Positions 10,497 through 20,765 are shown, counted from the first letter of the stretch. The stretch is 64,000 nt of DNA from Longimicrobiales bacterium (GCA_965218295.1 CBDCKN010000014.1:1-64000); one strand, 5' to 3'. The notes: generated by a model not told the origin, from the letters alone. Numbers and translations: made by a program.

Positions 10497-11634
10497 GGGC
10501 CCTGTGGGAAACGGAGCGCCCACGATCCTCATGCTTGCCGGGGAGGCCTCGGGTGACCAGCACGGGTCGCGTGTCGCCCGAGCCCTGAAGGCACAATGGC
10601 CCGGGTGTCGTCTGCTGGGCCTGGGTGGCGAGGGCATGAAGGCCGAGGGCGTGGATCTGTTGGCGGATCTCGATCGGCTCGCCGTCATGGGCTTCGCCGA
10701 AGTTCTCTCTCATCTGCCTTTCTTTTACCGCCTGGAACGCCGCATCCTGGCCCTCCTCGACGGTGGCTCCATCGACCTCGTTCTCCCCATCGACTATCCC
10801 GGCTTCAACCTCAGGATCGCGAGGGCGGCGCGGCGGCTCGGCATCCGGGTCCTCTACTACATCGCTCCTCAGGTATGGGCCTGGAAGCCCGGTCGGGCCC
10901 GGCGGCTCGCCGAGGATTGCGACCACCTGGCCGTGATACTCCCGTTCGAGAGAGACGTCTTCCAGAAGGCGGGAGCTCGAGTGACTTTCGTCGGCCACCC
11001 GCTGCTCGACGAAGACGTTCCGGAGCCCGATCCGGTCGGGTTTTGCAAGCGCTGGGATCTCGATCCGGACAAGCCGATCCTGGCGCTCTTTCCGGGGTCC
11101 CGGTCACAGGAGCTGTCTCGACACCAGGAGCTGTTCCTCGCCACCGGCAGGCGACTGAAGAGCGAGAGACCCGATCTCCAGATGGCATGGGCCAAGGCCT
11201 CGTCGGTTGACGCCTCGGCGTTTGCGGGTTCGGACCTGCCGGTGATAGACGACGCTCGGAGCCTGCTGGCGCATGCGAGGGCGGCCCTGGTGAAGTCTGG
11301 CACGACCACCCTGGAGGCGGCGCTCCGAGCCACGCCGTTCGTGACGGTATATCGGACTCATCCCGTTACGTACCTTCTCGCCCGTCGGCTGATCAGGGTC
11401 GACCGCGTGGCGTTGGCGAACCTCGTGGCGGGGGAGGACGTCGTACCGGAAGTGCTTCAGGGGTCGGCAACACCGGAGTACCTGGCCTCCCTTCTCGAGC
11501 CTCTTCTCGATCCGGAGTCCACTGAGCGGGGCCGCATGATCGAAGGACTGGAGCGTGTCCGCGGTGCCCTGGGTGAGCCGGGGGCTTCGGAGCGGGTGGC
11601 GGGCCTGGTGGCGCGGGTGTTGGAGGGGGCATGA
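10483..11634 (+). CDS. lpxB: Lipid A disaccharide synthase LpxB
   Basis: AGEASGD, IDYPGFN, PQVWAW, PGSR and SGTTTLE motifs. Confidence 0.95.
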   Translation: MSDSEGPVGNGAPTILMLAGEASGDQHGSRVARALKAQWPGCRLLGLGGEGMKAEGVDLLADLDRLAVMGFAEVLSHLPFFYRLERRILALLDGGSIDLVLPIDYPGFNLRIARAARRLGIRVLYYIAPQVWAWKPGRARRLAEDCDHLAVILPFERDVFQKAGARVTFVGHPLLDEDVPEPDPVGFCKRWDLDPDKPILALFPGSRSQELSRHQELFLATGRRLKSERPDLQMAWAKASSVDASAFAGSDLPVIDDARSLLAHARAALVKSGTTTLEAALRATPFVTVYRTHPVTYLLARRLIRVDRVALANLVAGEDVVPEVLQGSATPEYLASLLEPLLDPESTERGRMIEGLERVRGALGEPGASERVAGLVARVLEGA

Positions 11635-12290
11635 AGAGGCGCACCTCGGGGTTGCGATATTCCACGGCGGGGATCCTGGGCCAGGGCCTGATCGGATCAC
11701 TCTTCCTGACCGTTCGCTTCCAGACGATGGGAGAGGACCATCTCGGCCCGTTCCGGGACGCCGGAACGCCGGTCATCTTCGTCTTCTGGCACGGGCGCCT
11801 CCTTCCGCTGATCCACGGCCACCGCCACCAGGGGGCCGTGGTGCTTGTGAGCGAGCACGGCGACGGCGAGTACATCACGCGGATTCTCCAGCGGTTCGGC
11901 TTCGGCACCGTTCGAGGCTCGAGTACCCGTGGGGGTGTGCGCGGCCTCAAGGGACTCATCCGCGCGGCCCGGCAAGGCTACGATCTTGCCGTAACGCCCG
12001 ACGGCCCACACGGCCCGAACCGCGAGCTCAAGCCCGGAGCCCTTACGGTTGCACGCATGACGGGGCTGCCGCTCATTCCCATCGGTGTGGGAGCGAGCTC
12101 AAGTTGGCGCGCCGACAGCTGGGATCGTTTCCTGGTGCCCAGACCCTTCTCGACGGTTCGGATCGCCTATGGAGAGCCGTGTTTCATCGCCAGGGATGCC
12201 GTCGAGGCAGAGATCGAAGATACGGTACGGACCGTGACGCAGGCCCTCGCCGACTTGTCGGTGCGGGTTGGGGACACAGTGGACGGGTGA
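11631..12290 (+). CDS. DUF374 / lysophospholipid acyltransferase family (LpxJ-like)
   Basis: FWHGR, SEHGDGE, RGSSTRGG, TPDGPHGP and SWDRF motifs. Confidence 0.85.
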   Translation: MKRRTSGLRYSTAGILGQGLIGSLFLTVRFQTMGEDHLGPFRDAGTPVIFVFWHGRLLPLIHGHRHQGAVVLVSEHGDGEYITRILQRFGFGTVRGSSTRGGVRGLKGLIRAARQGYDLAVTPDGPHGPNRELKPGALTVARMTGLPLIPIGVGASSSWRADSWDRFLVPRPFSTVRIAYGEPCFIARDAVEAEIEDTVRTVTQALADLSVRVGDTVDG

Positions 12291-13297
12291 GGAGTCTCCA
12301 GGCGTGGCTGCGGCGGGTTTGGGGTGGAGAAGCAGGGGTCTTGGGTAGGATCGTGAGTGCCGTGCTCTTCCCTGTGGAGTTGCTCTATCGGGGAGTGATC
12401 GGCCTCAGAAACCGGGGATACGATTTGGGAGTTCTTCCCACCACCGAGCCGCCCATCCCGGTGATCTCGGTAGGCAATCTGGCCGTGGGAGGGACGGGAA
12501 AGACACCCTTCTCGGGCTGGCTCGTTTCGCGTCTCGAGGAGATGGGTCGTCGTCCGGCTCTCGTCACCCGGGGTTACGGGTCGGACGAGGTACGGCTGCA
12601 CCGCGCCTGGAATCCGGGTGCCGTGGTGGTTATGGACCCCCAGCGACTCAGGGGCGTTGCGCTGGCGGCAGAGCGAGGAGCCGACGTGGCCGTCCTGGAC
12701 GATGCTTTCCAGCATCGTGCCATCGCAAGGCAGGTGGACATCGTGCTGGTCGCGGCGGAGCACGGGGCCCGGCGTGCGCTTCTGCCGAGGGGGCGCCTCC
12801 GGGAGACGTTCCGATCACTCGCCCGGGCCCATGCGGTCGTGGTCACCCGCAAGACGGCGAGCCGCGCGGAGGCCGACCGGATCGGTGGGCATATTGAAGC
12901 TGCGGTCCCAGGCGTTTTGGCACAGATCAGCTTCGAGGCTGCGGCGTGGACCGATCTCGACGGGTCGGTCGTTTCACCTCCACTCGGTGAGGATCTCGTG
13001 GCGGTGACCAGTGTGGCCGAGCCCGAGCCGTTCCATGAGATGGTGCGGGACCAGACGTTGAGTGCGGTCGAGAGCTTCGCGTTTCACGATCACCATGTGT
13101 TTCGACAAGCCGACGTTCGGCGAATCGTGAAGGAAGCGGGTGGACGCTCCATCGTGACCACGGAGAAGGATGCGGTGAAGCTGCGGGACTTCTCGGAGAT
13201 GCTGCCCTCGACGTACGTGTTACGCTTGCGCGTGGCCTGGGAGTCTGGCCACGACGATCTGATGGCCCTCATTGAAGATGCGCTGGAGGGCGGATGA
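12287..13297 (+). CDS. lpxK: Tetraacyldisaccharide 4'-kinase LpxK
   Basis: SVGNLAVGGTGKTP, RGYG, DDAFQH and TTEKDAVKL motifs; GTG start overlaps the upstream TGA. Confidence 0.93.
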   Translation: MRSLQAWLRRVWGGEAGVLGRIVSAVLFPVELLYRGVIGLRNRGYDLGVLPTTEPPIPVISVGNLAVGGTGKTPFSGWLVSRLEEMGRRPALVTRGYGSDEVRLHRAWNPGAVVVMDPQRLRGVALAAERGADVAVLDDAFQHRAIARQVDIVLVAAEHGARRALLPRGRLRETFRSLARAHAVVVTRKTASRAEADRIGGHIEAAVPGVLAQISFEAAAWTDLDGSVVSPPLGEDLVAVTSVAEPEPFHEMVRDQTLSAVESFAFHDHHVFRQADVRRIVKEAGGRSIVTTEKDAVKLRDFSEMLPSTYVLRLRVAWESGHDDLMALIEDALEGG

Positions 13298-13773
13298 CCA
13301 TCACCGTCGTCGTCGTCGGGCGGGCCGGATCACCCTTGAAGGCCGCGGTTGAGGAATACGAGGCTCGAGCCAAGCGGTACTGGAAGCTGAGCGTGGTCGA
13401 GCTCCCCTCCGGCACGGCAGGCAAGGGGAGGGGTGACGCGGGGCGGGCCGTCAGGACGGAAGAAGAGCTCATCCTGAAGAAGCTCTCGGACCGTGCCGAG
13501 GTCGTTGCCCTCACGCGGGCCGGTACGCATATGAGCTCCCCGGAGCTGGCAAGGTATCTCGAGGACCGTGCACTCCGTTCGATCCCCGAGGTAACCTTCG
13601 TCATCGGCGGGGCTTTCGGACTCGGAGCCGGCGTACTGGAGCGCGCAGATCGCACCTTGGCCCTTTCGGCGGGCACGCTTCCGCATGAGCTTGCACGGCT
13701 GGTGTTGGCCGAGCAGCTCTACCGCGCCGGCACGATCGTGAGAAACGAGCCGTATCACAAGGGGGGGGAGTGA
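13294..13773 (+). CDS. rlmH: 23S rRNA pseudouridine-1915 N3-methyltransferase RlmH
   Basis: FVIGGAFG, TLPHELARLVLAEQLYRA and EPYH SPOUT motifs. Confidence 0.93.
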   Translation: MTITVVVVGRAGSPLKAAVEEYEARAKRYWKLSVVELPSGTAGKGRGDAGRAVRTEEELILKKLSDRAEVVALTRAGTHMSSPELARYLEDRALRSIPEVTFVIGGAFGLGAGVLERADRTLALSAGTLPHELARLVLAEQLYRAGTIVRNEPYHKGGE

Positions 13774-15368
13774 TCGAGTTACTCATCGGGAAGCCGGAGG
13801 GCTCACCGTTCGCAGATGCCTATCTGAGGGGTGATCCGGGCGTCGCTCCGTACTTCAACGGCTCCTGGCTGGATCCCGGGGCGTACCGGGACATGCTCGC
13901 GGGCATCGATCGACGCTTCGACGCCGCTGCCCGGCGGCGGGCGCTGGAGGCTCTGGACACGCCGGGTGGGGTGGGGCAGGAGAGGCTCGATCGCTGGGTG
14001 GAGGGTTCCGGGCTCGTGGTCACTACAGGACAACAGCCAGGGCTCATGGGAGGACCGCTGTACTCCCTCTACAAGGGGCTCACCACGGTTCGCCTGGCGG
14101 AGCGGCTCGAGGCGCTCCTCGACAGACCTGTCCTGCCCGTGTTCTGGGTGGCATCCGAAGACCACGATTGGGAGGAATCCGATCACACCTACCTGATCGA
14201 CGAGTCGAATCGACTGACCCGCGTGCAGGTGCCGGACCCGGGGCACGGCAACCGTGCCATTCACCGGATTCCCCTCGACGGCGAAGTTACAGGTATGGTT
14301 GCACAAATCGAGGAACTCGTTCCCAATACAGAGTTTAGCGGTTCATATATCGAGTTGATTCGAGATGCCTACGCGCCTGGGGTCACCCTCGCTGACGGAT
14401 TCCGCACCGTGCTGTCCGCACTTCTGGAGCCCCTGGGCGTTCTCTTTACGGACGCGGCGAATTCGGCTTTCAAGGCGGCCTCCAAGGCAATTCTCCTGGC
14501 CGAGCTGGACCGGGCAGAGGCGCACGAAGAGATGCTTCGGGAGGACGCCGAGAAGCTCGAACAGGCCGGATACCCACTCCAGGTGCCCATTCTCGAGGGG
14601 GGCGTAAATCTCTTTCTGGAGGGTCCGGCGGGTCGCGAGCGATTGTACAGGCATCCCGACGGTTTCGAGCTGCATCGTTCCGGCGAGACGGTGACGGCGG
14701 ACGGTATCCGCGCACGGGTCGAGGAGGATCCTCTGGCGCTGAGCCCCAACGTGCTGCTCCGTCCCGTGGTGGAGAGCACGGTGTTTCCGGTCGTGAGCTA
14801 TGTGGCCGGTCCGGGGGAGCTGGCCTATCACGGCCAGATCAGGCGGCTCTACGAGGCGCACGGCCTCAGGATGCCAGTCATCTTCCCGCGACACGCCGTG
14901 ACGGTCGTAGAGTCGAAGATCCGCAAGGTCATCGACAAGTTTGACCTGGAGCCCGAGGATCTCAGGCGCCCTCATCACGAGATCGCCTCCGAGATCGCCC
15001 GTGAGGAGGTCCCTGAGGACGTTCGCCGGGCCCTGGGGCAGCTCAAGGAATCCATCGGGGAAGGGTCTCGAAAGCTCCTGGATGCCGCAGGGGACATCGA
15101 CTCCACGCTCGAGGGGCCGGTGACCCACGCGCGCAACGCCGCACTGGCCGCTTTTCAGGACGTGGAGCGCAAGATCGTACAGAGCATGAAGCGGGAGAAC
15201 GAGATCGCCCTGGCCCAGCTCGAAAAGGCGCACATGCACCTCTTTCCGGAAGGCAAGCCGCAGGAAAGGGTCCTGAATCCGCTGTACTACCTGGCGCGGT
15301 ACGGGAACCCGTTCATCGAGGCGCTAGTACATGGATTCGAGGTGGATTTGACCGACGGGACGGAGTAG
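13770..15368 (+). CDS. bshC: Bacillithiol biosynthesis cysteine-adding enzyme BshC
   Basis: TGQQPGLMGGPLY, FWVASEDHD, SPNVLLRP, GPGELAY and PQER motifs. Confidence 0.92.
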   Translation: MIELLIGKPEGSPFADAYLRGDPGVAPYFNGSWLDPGAYRDMLAGIDRRFDAAARRRALEALDTPGGVGQERLDRWVEGSGLVVTTGQQPGLMGGPLYSLYKGLTTVRLAERLEALLDRPVLPVFWVASEDHDWEESDHTYLIDESNRLTRVQVPDPGHGNRAIHRIPLDGEVTGMVAQIEELVPNTEFSGSYIELIRDAYAPGVTLADGFRTVLSALLEPLGVLFTDAANSAFKAASKAILLAELDRAEAHEEMLREDAEKLEQAGYPLQVPILEGGVNLFLEGPAGRERLYRHPDGFELHRSGETVTADGIRARVEEDPLALSPNVLLRPVVESTVFPVVSYVAGPGELAYHGQIRRLYEAHGLRMPVIFPRHAVTVVESKIRKVIDKFDLEPEDLRRPHHEIASEIAREEVPEDVRRALGQLKESIGEGSRKLLDAAGDIDSTLEGPVTHARNAALAAFQDVERKIVQSMKRENEIALAQLEKAHMHLFPEGKPQERVLNPLYYLARYGNPFIEALVHGFEVDLTDGTE

Positions 15369-15380
15369 CTTCAAAACATC

Positions 15381-15659
15381 ATGATTCCATTCATCTTCGT
15401 GCTCGTCCTGCTGATTCCGATTCTGGCCATCATATTGGATTCGCCGGTGGGAAGGGCTCTCGCGGGGCGGCTCGAGCGGCGCGGCTTGGGCTCCGGAACC
15501 GATGAAGTGACCGCGGAGCGTCTCTCCTACCTCGAAGGGGAGTTCGAGCGGCTGACTTCCGAGGTGCGCCGCCTCGAGGAGGAGAGCCAGTTCCTGAACA
15601 AGCTCCTCACGGAGCGCCCGGCTTCGGAAGTGCTTCCGCCCGGTGATCGAGACGCATAG
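15381..15659 (+). CDS. Hypothetical membrane-anchored coiled-coil protein
   Basis: N-terminal TM helix plus heptad region; in operon. Confidence 0.7.
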   Translation: MIPFIFVLVLLIPILAIILDSPVGRALAGRLERRGLGSGTDEVTAERLSYLEGEFERLTSEVRRLEEESQFLNKLLTERPASEVLPPGDRDA

Positions 15660-17292
15660 CCCCGCTCCCACAGTGGGCCGACGCTCCCGTGCCGCCTTCA
15701 TGGTCGGCGCGGGTATTTTTTTCAGTCGGATCAGCGGCTTCGTGCGCGATGTGGTCTTCGCCTACTTCTTCGGAAACACGGGACTGGCCGATGTCTGGCG
15801 CGTAGCGCTGAAGACCCCGAACGTCATCCAGAACCTGCTGGGAGAGGGGACGCTGAGCGCCTCGGTCATCCCGGTCTACGCGGAGTTCCTGGAGGAGGGC
15901 AGGAAAGAAGACGCAGGCCGGTTCGCCGGGGCGGTCCTCGGCATCCTGATGGTCGCGGCCGGCGGGGCGGCGCTCGTTGGTGTCCTCCTGGCGCCTGCCC
16001 TGGTGCCCGTGTTCTTCTTCCGGTGGGACCCGCAGAAGCTCACACTCACCACGGTCATGGTTCAGATCCTCTTTCCCATGACCGCGGTTCTCGTGGTCTC
16101 GGCCTGGGCGCTGGCGATCCTCAACAGCCACCGCCGGTTCTTCGTATCCTATGTGGCGCCCGTGGCGTGGAATGGCGCCATCCTCCTCACCATGGTCGGG
16201 TTGGGCTTCGGGGCGGGCTGGACGGGATCCGCGCTCCTCTTGGCGGTGGCGTGGGGCGCCTTCGGCGGCGGGTTGCTCCAGTTGGCGGTGCAGCTCCCCT
16301 ACGTCGTGCCGCTCCTGGAGCACTTCCGCCTCTCCGTGAGCCGGACCGCATCGGGAGTGAAGGAGGCCATCCGCAACTTCATCCCGGTGGTGGCGGCGCG
16401 TGGCGTCGTGAACATCGGCAGCCTTCTCGACGTGTTCCTCGCTGCGCTCCTCGTCGAGGGAGCGGTGGCGGCGCTGGGTTACGCCCAGACGCTCTACATC
16501 CTACCGATCTCCCTGTTCGGGATGTCGATCGCGGCGTCGGAGTTGCCGGAGCTTTCCCGGCAGCGAACGCGACCGCCCGAAGAGTTGGCGGCCCAGGTCT
16601 CCAGCGCCCTCGAGCGCATCCATTTCCTCTTGATTCCGTCGACCATCGCGTTCGTCCTCCTGGGAGATCTGTTCATCGGCGGCATCTACCAGCGGGGAAG
16701 CTTCCTCGCCACGGACACGCCCGTGGTCCACGCCGTATTGGCCGCGTATGCGCTGGGGCTTCTGGCGTCATCGGGCTCCCGGGTGCTCTCTACCGCGTTC
16801 TACGCGCTTCGCGATACTCGGACGCCCGCGCGGATGGCCTATCTGAGAGTGGCCGTGTCTCTGGCCATAGGGGTGTCCCTGATGTTTCCCCTCGACCGGT
16901 TCGGCTCCGGAGGCCTGCGCTTCGGGGCCGTGGGCCTGGCCCTGGGTGCCTCCATCGCCGCCTGGCTCGAGTACGTGATGCTGCGCGGTCGGCTAGGTCG
17001 TGCCCTCGGCTCCCACGGGCCCAGGTCCGGCGTACCGTCTCGCCTCCTCGCGGCGGGTGGTATCGCGGCGCTGGCCGCCGTAGCGGCCAAGTGGGCGTTG
17101 GGCTCCACCGTGCCCCGCCGGGACGGTCTAATCACGGGGCTGATGGCCGATTCCGCTCCCTGGCTCCTCCAGCCGGCTCTTGCGGTGGGAACGGCCCTGA
17201 TATTCGGTGTAGTATACCTAGTCACGAGCGCTCGGCTCGGCGTTGGCGTTCCCCTGCGGCATCTGCTCCGGGGCGGCGCAAATACCCAGTGA
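15643..17292 (+). CDS. murJ: Lipid II flippase MurJ (MviN)
   Basis: SRISGFVRD, PNVIQNLLGEG and FYALRDTRTP motifs; many TMs; start uncertain (15643 or 15700). Confidence 0.92.
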   Translation: MIETHSPAPTVGRRSRAAFMVGAGIFFSRISGFVRDVVFAYFFGNTGLADVWRVALKTPNVIQNLLGEGTLSASVIPVYAEFLEEGRKEDAGRFAGAVLGILMVAAGGAALVGVLLAPALVPVFFFRWDPQKLTLTTVMVQILFPMTAVLVVSAWALAILNSHRRFFVSYVAPVAWNGAILLTMVGLGFGAGWTGSALLLAVAWGAFGGGLLQLAVQLPYVVPLLEHFRLSVSRTASGVKEAIRNFIPVVAARGVVNIGSLLDVFLAALLVEGAVAALGYAQTLYILPISLFGMSIAASELPELSRQRTRPPEELAAQVSSALERIHFLLIPSTIAFVLLGDLFIGGIYQRGSFLATDTPVVHAVLAAYALGLLASSGSRVLSTAFYALRDTRTPARMAYLRVAVSLAIGVSLMFPLDRFGSGGLRFGAVGLALGASIAAWLEYVMLRGRLGRALGSHGPRSGVPSRLLAAGGIAALAAVAAKWALGSTVPRRDGLITGLMADSAPWLLQPALAVGTALIFGVVYLVTSARLGVGVPLRHLLRGGANTQ

Positions 17293-19136
17293 ATCCACTT
17301 TTCTTCAACAGCCTTCTTGTGATTCAGGATCAACTCCGAGGGCTTCCGTCGCGTCCCGGCGTCTACCTCTTCAGGGACGCAGCGGGTGACATCCTCTACG
17401 TCGGCAAAGCGAAGTCCCTCAGACCACGCGTCAGGAGCTACTTCCGCGGCTCTGGCCAATCCTTGAAGACACAGGAGCTGGTCCGGCACGTGGAGAGCGT
17501 CGAGACGATCGTCGTGGGGTCGGAGGCCGAGGCCCTCATCCTCGAGGCCAACCTGATCAAGGAACACCGGCCCCGCTTCAACATCCAGCTCCGTGACGAC
17601 AAACGGTATCCGTACATCAAGGTGACGACCACCGAGCCCTTTCCGCGGGTCTTTGTGACGCGAACCCTGAACGACGACGGGTCGCGTTACTTCGGACCGT
17701 ACACGTCGGTGGGATCCATGCGCGAGGCCCTGGAGATCATCAAGCGGCTCTATACGGTCCGTTCCTGCCGTTATGACCTTCCTCGGGAGGCGCCGGAGCG
17801 CCCCTGTCTGGACTACCACATCGGACGCTGCCTGGCTCCCTGTGTGGGCTACCAGGACCAGGCCTCGTACCGGGCGATGATCGACGAGATCCTGAAGGTG
17901 CTGGACGGAGAGACCGAGGATGTGCGACAGCGCGTCGAGAAGCGGATGCGCGACGCCTCCGTGGAGCTGGATTTCGAGCGTGCCGCCCGCCTTCGGGATG
18001 TCCTCGCGGCCCTCGACGCCCTCGCCCGTCAGCAGAGGGTCGAGAAGCTGAGAGGCGGTGACTACGACGTGGTAGGCCTCGCCAGAGACGGCGAGCTGGC
18101 CGCCGCGGTGGTGATGCGCATTCGACGGGGCGTGCTCCTGGGCCGCGACACGCTGCGATTCTCCGACGTAGGCGAGGAGAGCGACGCCTCACTCCTCACG
18201 ACCTTCGCTTCGCGACACTACCTGAGCCGGGGCACCGGCGGCGGTCGGAATCTCCCGAAGGAAGTCCTGGTCCCCACCGAATTCGAGGACATGGACCTCC
18301 TCGAGGAGATCCTCCTCGACGAGACCGGTCGCAAGGTGGGCATCTACGTTCCCAAGAGGGGGGCGAAGAAGCGCCTCTCGGAGCTCGCAGGCGACAACGC
18401 TCGTCACGCCCTGGAGGATCGCCTGACGGCCACCGAGCGGGTGCAGGATCGGGCCGAGGAGGTGCTCTACGACCTCCGCGATCGCCTGGACCTGAAGGTC
18501 GTACCCCGCCTGATGGTGTGCTTCGACATCAGCCACACCCAGGGGACCGAGACCGTGGGGAGCGCCGCCGTGTTCGAGAACGCCGAGCCCAAGAAGGCCG
18601 AGTATCGGCACATGCGTATCAAGGGCGATTGGGGCAACGACGACTACCGGTCCATGGCCGAGGTGGTCAGTCGGTACTTCCGCCGCCGGCTCGAAGAGGA
18701 GCGGCCGCTTCCGGATCTGGTTCTGATCGACGGAGGGAAGGGCCAACTGGGGGCTGCGCAGAACGCACTGACCGAGCTGGGCGTCACGGATGTCGCACTG
18801 GCGTCCTTAGCCAAGCGGGAAGAGCTCGTCTACCGCCCCGGGAGACGAGAGCCCTTCCGCCTCGGGCGGCGGAACAAGGCGTTACATGTTCTCCAGAGGA
18901 TTCGGGACGAAGCTCACCGGTTCGCCGTGACCTACAATCGGAAGCTCCGGCGGAAGAGAACCGTGCGGAGTGATCTCTCTGAGATTCCCGGGATCGGTCC
19001 CGAGAGGCAGAAGCTCCTGCTCATGCGATTCGGGTCGGTTCGAGGGGTCAAGTCGGCCAGCGCCGAGGAAATCGCCAGGCTCCCGGGCTTCAGTGGGACC
19101 CTGGCGGCGCGAGTTCTCACGTACCTGGGACAATAG
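17289..19136 (+). CDS. uvrC: Excinuclease ABC subunit UvrC
   Basis: GIY-YIG (PGVYLF..YVGKA), CFDISH, DGGKGQL, RDEAHRFA, HhH C-terminus; true start about 17289-17319. Confidence 0.95.
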   Translation: MNPLFFNSLLVIQDQLRGLPSRPGVYLFRDAAGDILYVGKAKSLRPRVRSYFRGSGQSLKTQELVRHVESVETIVVGSEAEALILEANLIKEHRPRFNIQLRDDKRYPYIKVTTTEPFPRVFVTRTLNDDGSRYFGPYTSVGSMREALEIIKRLYTVRSCRYDLPREAPERPCLDYHIGRCLAPCVGYQDQASYRAMIDEILKVLDGETEDVRQRVEKRMRDASVELDFERAARLRDVLAALDALARQQRVEKLRGGDYDVVGLARDGELAAAVVMRIRRGVLLGRDTLRFSDVGEESDASLLTTFASRHYLSRGTGGGRNLPKEVLVPTEFEDMDLLEEILLDETGRKVGIYVPKRGAKKRLSELAGDNARHALEDRLTATERVQDRAEEVLYDLRDRLDLKVVPRLMVCFDISHTQGTETVGSAAVFENAEPKKAEYRHMRIKGDWGNDDYRSMAEVVSRYFRRRLEEERPLPDLVLIDGGKGQLGAAQNALTELGVTDVALASLAKREELVYRPGRREPFRLGRRNKALHVLQRIRDEAHRFAVTYNRKLRRKRTVRSDLSEIPGIGPERQKLLLMRFGSVRGVKSASAEEIARLPGFSGTLAARVLTYLGQ

Positions 19137-19262
19137 CCGGCAGCACTCAAGACCGGGAGGTCGTGCCCTGTCGCGCGGAAAAGCGACTCGTGTGATGAAA
19201 CACGGCGAGAGTTTTGCAGTATATCTCATCGGACGCCGTGATCGGCGGGTTGCCGCCTTTTG

Positions 19263-19298
19263 GCGGTAGTTCTAAATTACGCGGTAGTTCTAGATTAC
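19263..19298. repeat. 18-bp tandem repeat x2 upstream of the TPR gene
   Basis: GCGGTAGTTCTAAATTAC / GCGGTAGTTCTAGATTAC. Confidence 0.8.
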
Positions 19299-19334
19299 AT
19301 GGTCTAGACACCGGTTTTACAGGAGAGTTATCCG

Positions 19335-20729
19335 ATGTACCTCCGTGCGGGATTCTTCTTATTTGGCATCGCCGCCATACTGGCGCCTTCCCAAGCTTCG
19401 ACCCAGGAGCTCGGGAGGAACGAGCCTCGTATGGAGAGCCATAACGCCCTCGTCGCCATCAAGTTGCAGCGGGCGGAGGGGCTGGAGGACGAGGTGCTTG
19501 CCGCCGAGACCTACCGAGAGGCCCTCGAGGCCATCTACGAGGCCATCGACAACGACCAGAGCAATCCCACGGGGTATCTGCACCTGGGCCGAGCCAGGTT
19601 GGGGTTGGGCGAGTATCTGGCCGCCGACAGCGCCTTCGACCAGGCCGAGGCCCTCTATCCCGATTACATCGACGAGGAAGGTGGAACGGGCGACTACCGC
19701 GAGAACGGGTGGGTCGAAGCCTATAACGAGGGCATCGTGGCGGTCGACGCGGTCGACGCGGGAGACAGCGACTCGGCTCTGGAATACTTCACCACCGCCA
19801 ACGTGATCTTCGACAAACGTCCCGAGGCGTATCTCAATCTCGGCGCCACCTACGCTAAAACGGGCCAGTGGGACGCCAGCGTCGAGGCCTGGAAGGATGC
19901 GATCGCGGTCATCGACTCCCCCGACTCCAAGCCGAGAGACGAGGAAAGCCGGCTGCAGTGGGTCAGCGAGTACCGGCCCATGGCCCTCTCGAACCTGGCC
20001 CAGGCCCTGAGCCAGGCCAATCGAGCTGAGGAGGCCGTGGTCATCTACGAGGAGATCCTCGCGGCCGATCCCGACAACGACCGGGCACGGAGTGGCTTGC
20101 TGATCGCCCTCGGACAGTCGGGCCAGGTGGAAGGTACGCTGAGCATCTACGACGAGATCCTGGAGAGCGATGACGCCTCGACGCTGGACTACTTCAACGC
20201 CGGTGTGACGTTCTACGGTGCCGAGGCCTACGACCGCGCCACGATGGCGTTCGAGAAGGTGCTCGAGCGGGCCCCCATGTACCGCGATGCCCTCCAGAAC
20301 CTCGTGCAGACCCTGGCGCTTGAGGAGAACTACGAAGCTCAGATCCCCTACTCCGAGAAGCTCCTGGAGATGGACGGACAGAACTACCTGGTTTATCAGA
20401 TGCACCTCAGGGCTCTCTCCCGGCTGGGGCGCACCGAGGACCTCGGCCCCATCTTGGACGCGATGCAGGCGCTCACGTTTCTCGTAGACGACCTCCAGCT
20501 CCAGCCGAGGGGTGACGGAGGCCGCGTCATGGGTACCGTGACCAACAAGCTGCTCGAGGAAGGTGCCTCGGTTACTCTCCGTTTCCACTTCTACGACGAC
20601 GGGGGGAACGAGCTCGGGACGCAGGACGTGTCCGTGCCGGTGCCGCCTGTGGACGTGGCTCAACAGTTCGAGGTTTCCATCGACACGGAGACCATGGTGA
20701 TGGGGTACAGCTACGAGGTCATGAGCTAG
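19335..20729 (+). CDS. Exported tetratricopeptide-repeat protein with C-terminal FxLYD-like domain
   Basis: AGGAG RBS, signal peptide, several TPR-like helix pairs, FHFYD motif. Confidence 0.8.
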   Translation: MYLRAGFFLFGIAAILAPSQASTQELGRNEPRMESHNALVAIKLQRAEGLEDEVLAAETYREALEAIYEAIDNDQSNPTGYLHLGRARLGLGEYLAADSAFDQAEALYPDYIDEEGGTGDYRENGWVEAYNEGIVAVDAVDAGDSDSALEYFTTANVIFDKRPEAYLNLGATYAKTGQWDASVEAWKDAIAVIDSPDSKPRDEESRLQWVSEYRPMALSNLAQALSQANRAEEAVVIYEEILAADPDNDRARSGLLIALGQSGQVEGTLSIYDEILESDDASTLDYFNAGVTFYGAEAYDRATMAFEKVLERAPMYRDALQNLVQTLALEENYEAQIPYSEKLLEMDGQNYLVYQMHLRALSRLGRTEDLGPILDAMQALTFLVDDLQLQPRGDGGRVMGTVTNKLLEEGASVTLRFHFYDDGGNELGTQDVSVPVPPVDVAQQFEVSIDTETMVMGYSYEVMS

Positions 20730-20765
20730 GAGACGGTCCTAGCAAACGGGCCGACAAAGAAACCG

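Noticed and set aside
11555..13297. 580-aa LpxK
   Set aside because: The extension is an alternative frame over the DUF374 gene; the real start is GTG 12287
16023..19136. 1037-aa ORF suggesting a long N-terminal extension of UvrC
   Set aside because: The first ~420 codons are an off-frame shadow of murJ; UvrC motifs begin at about 17320
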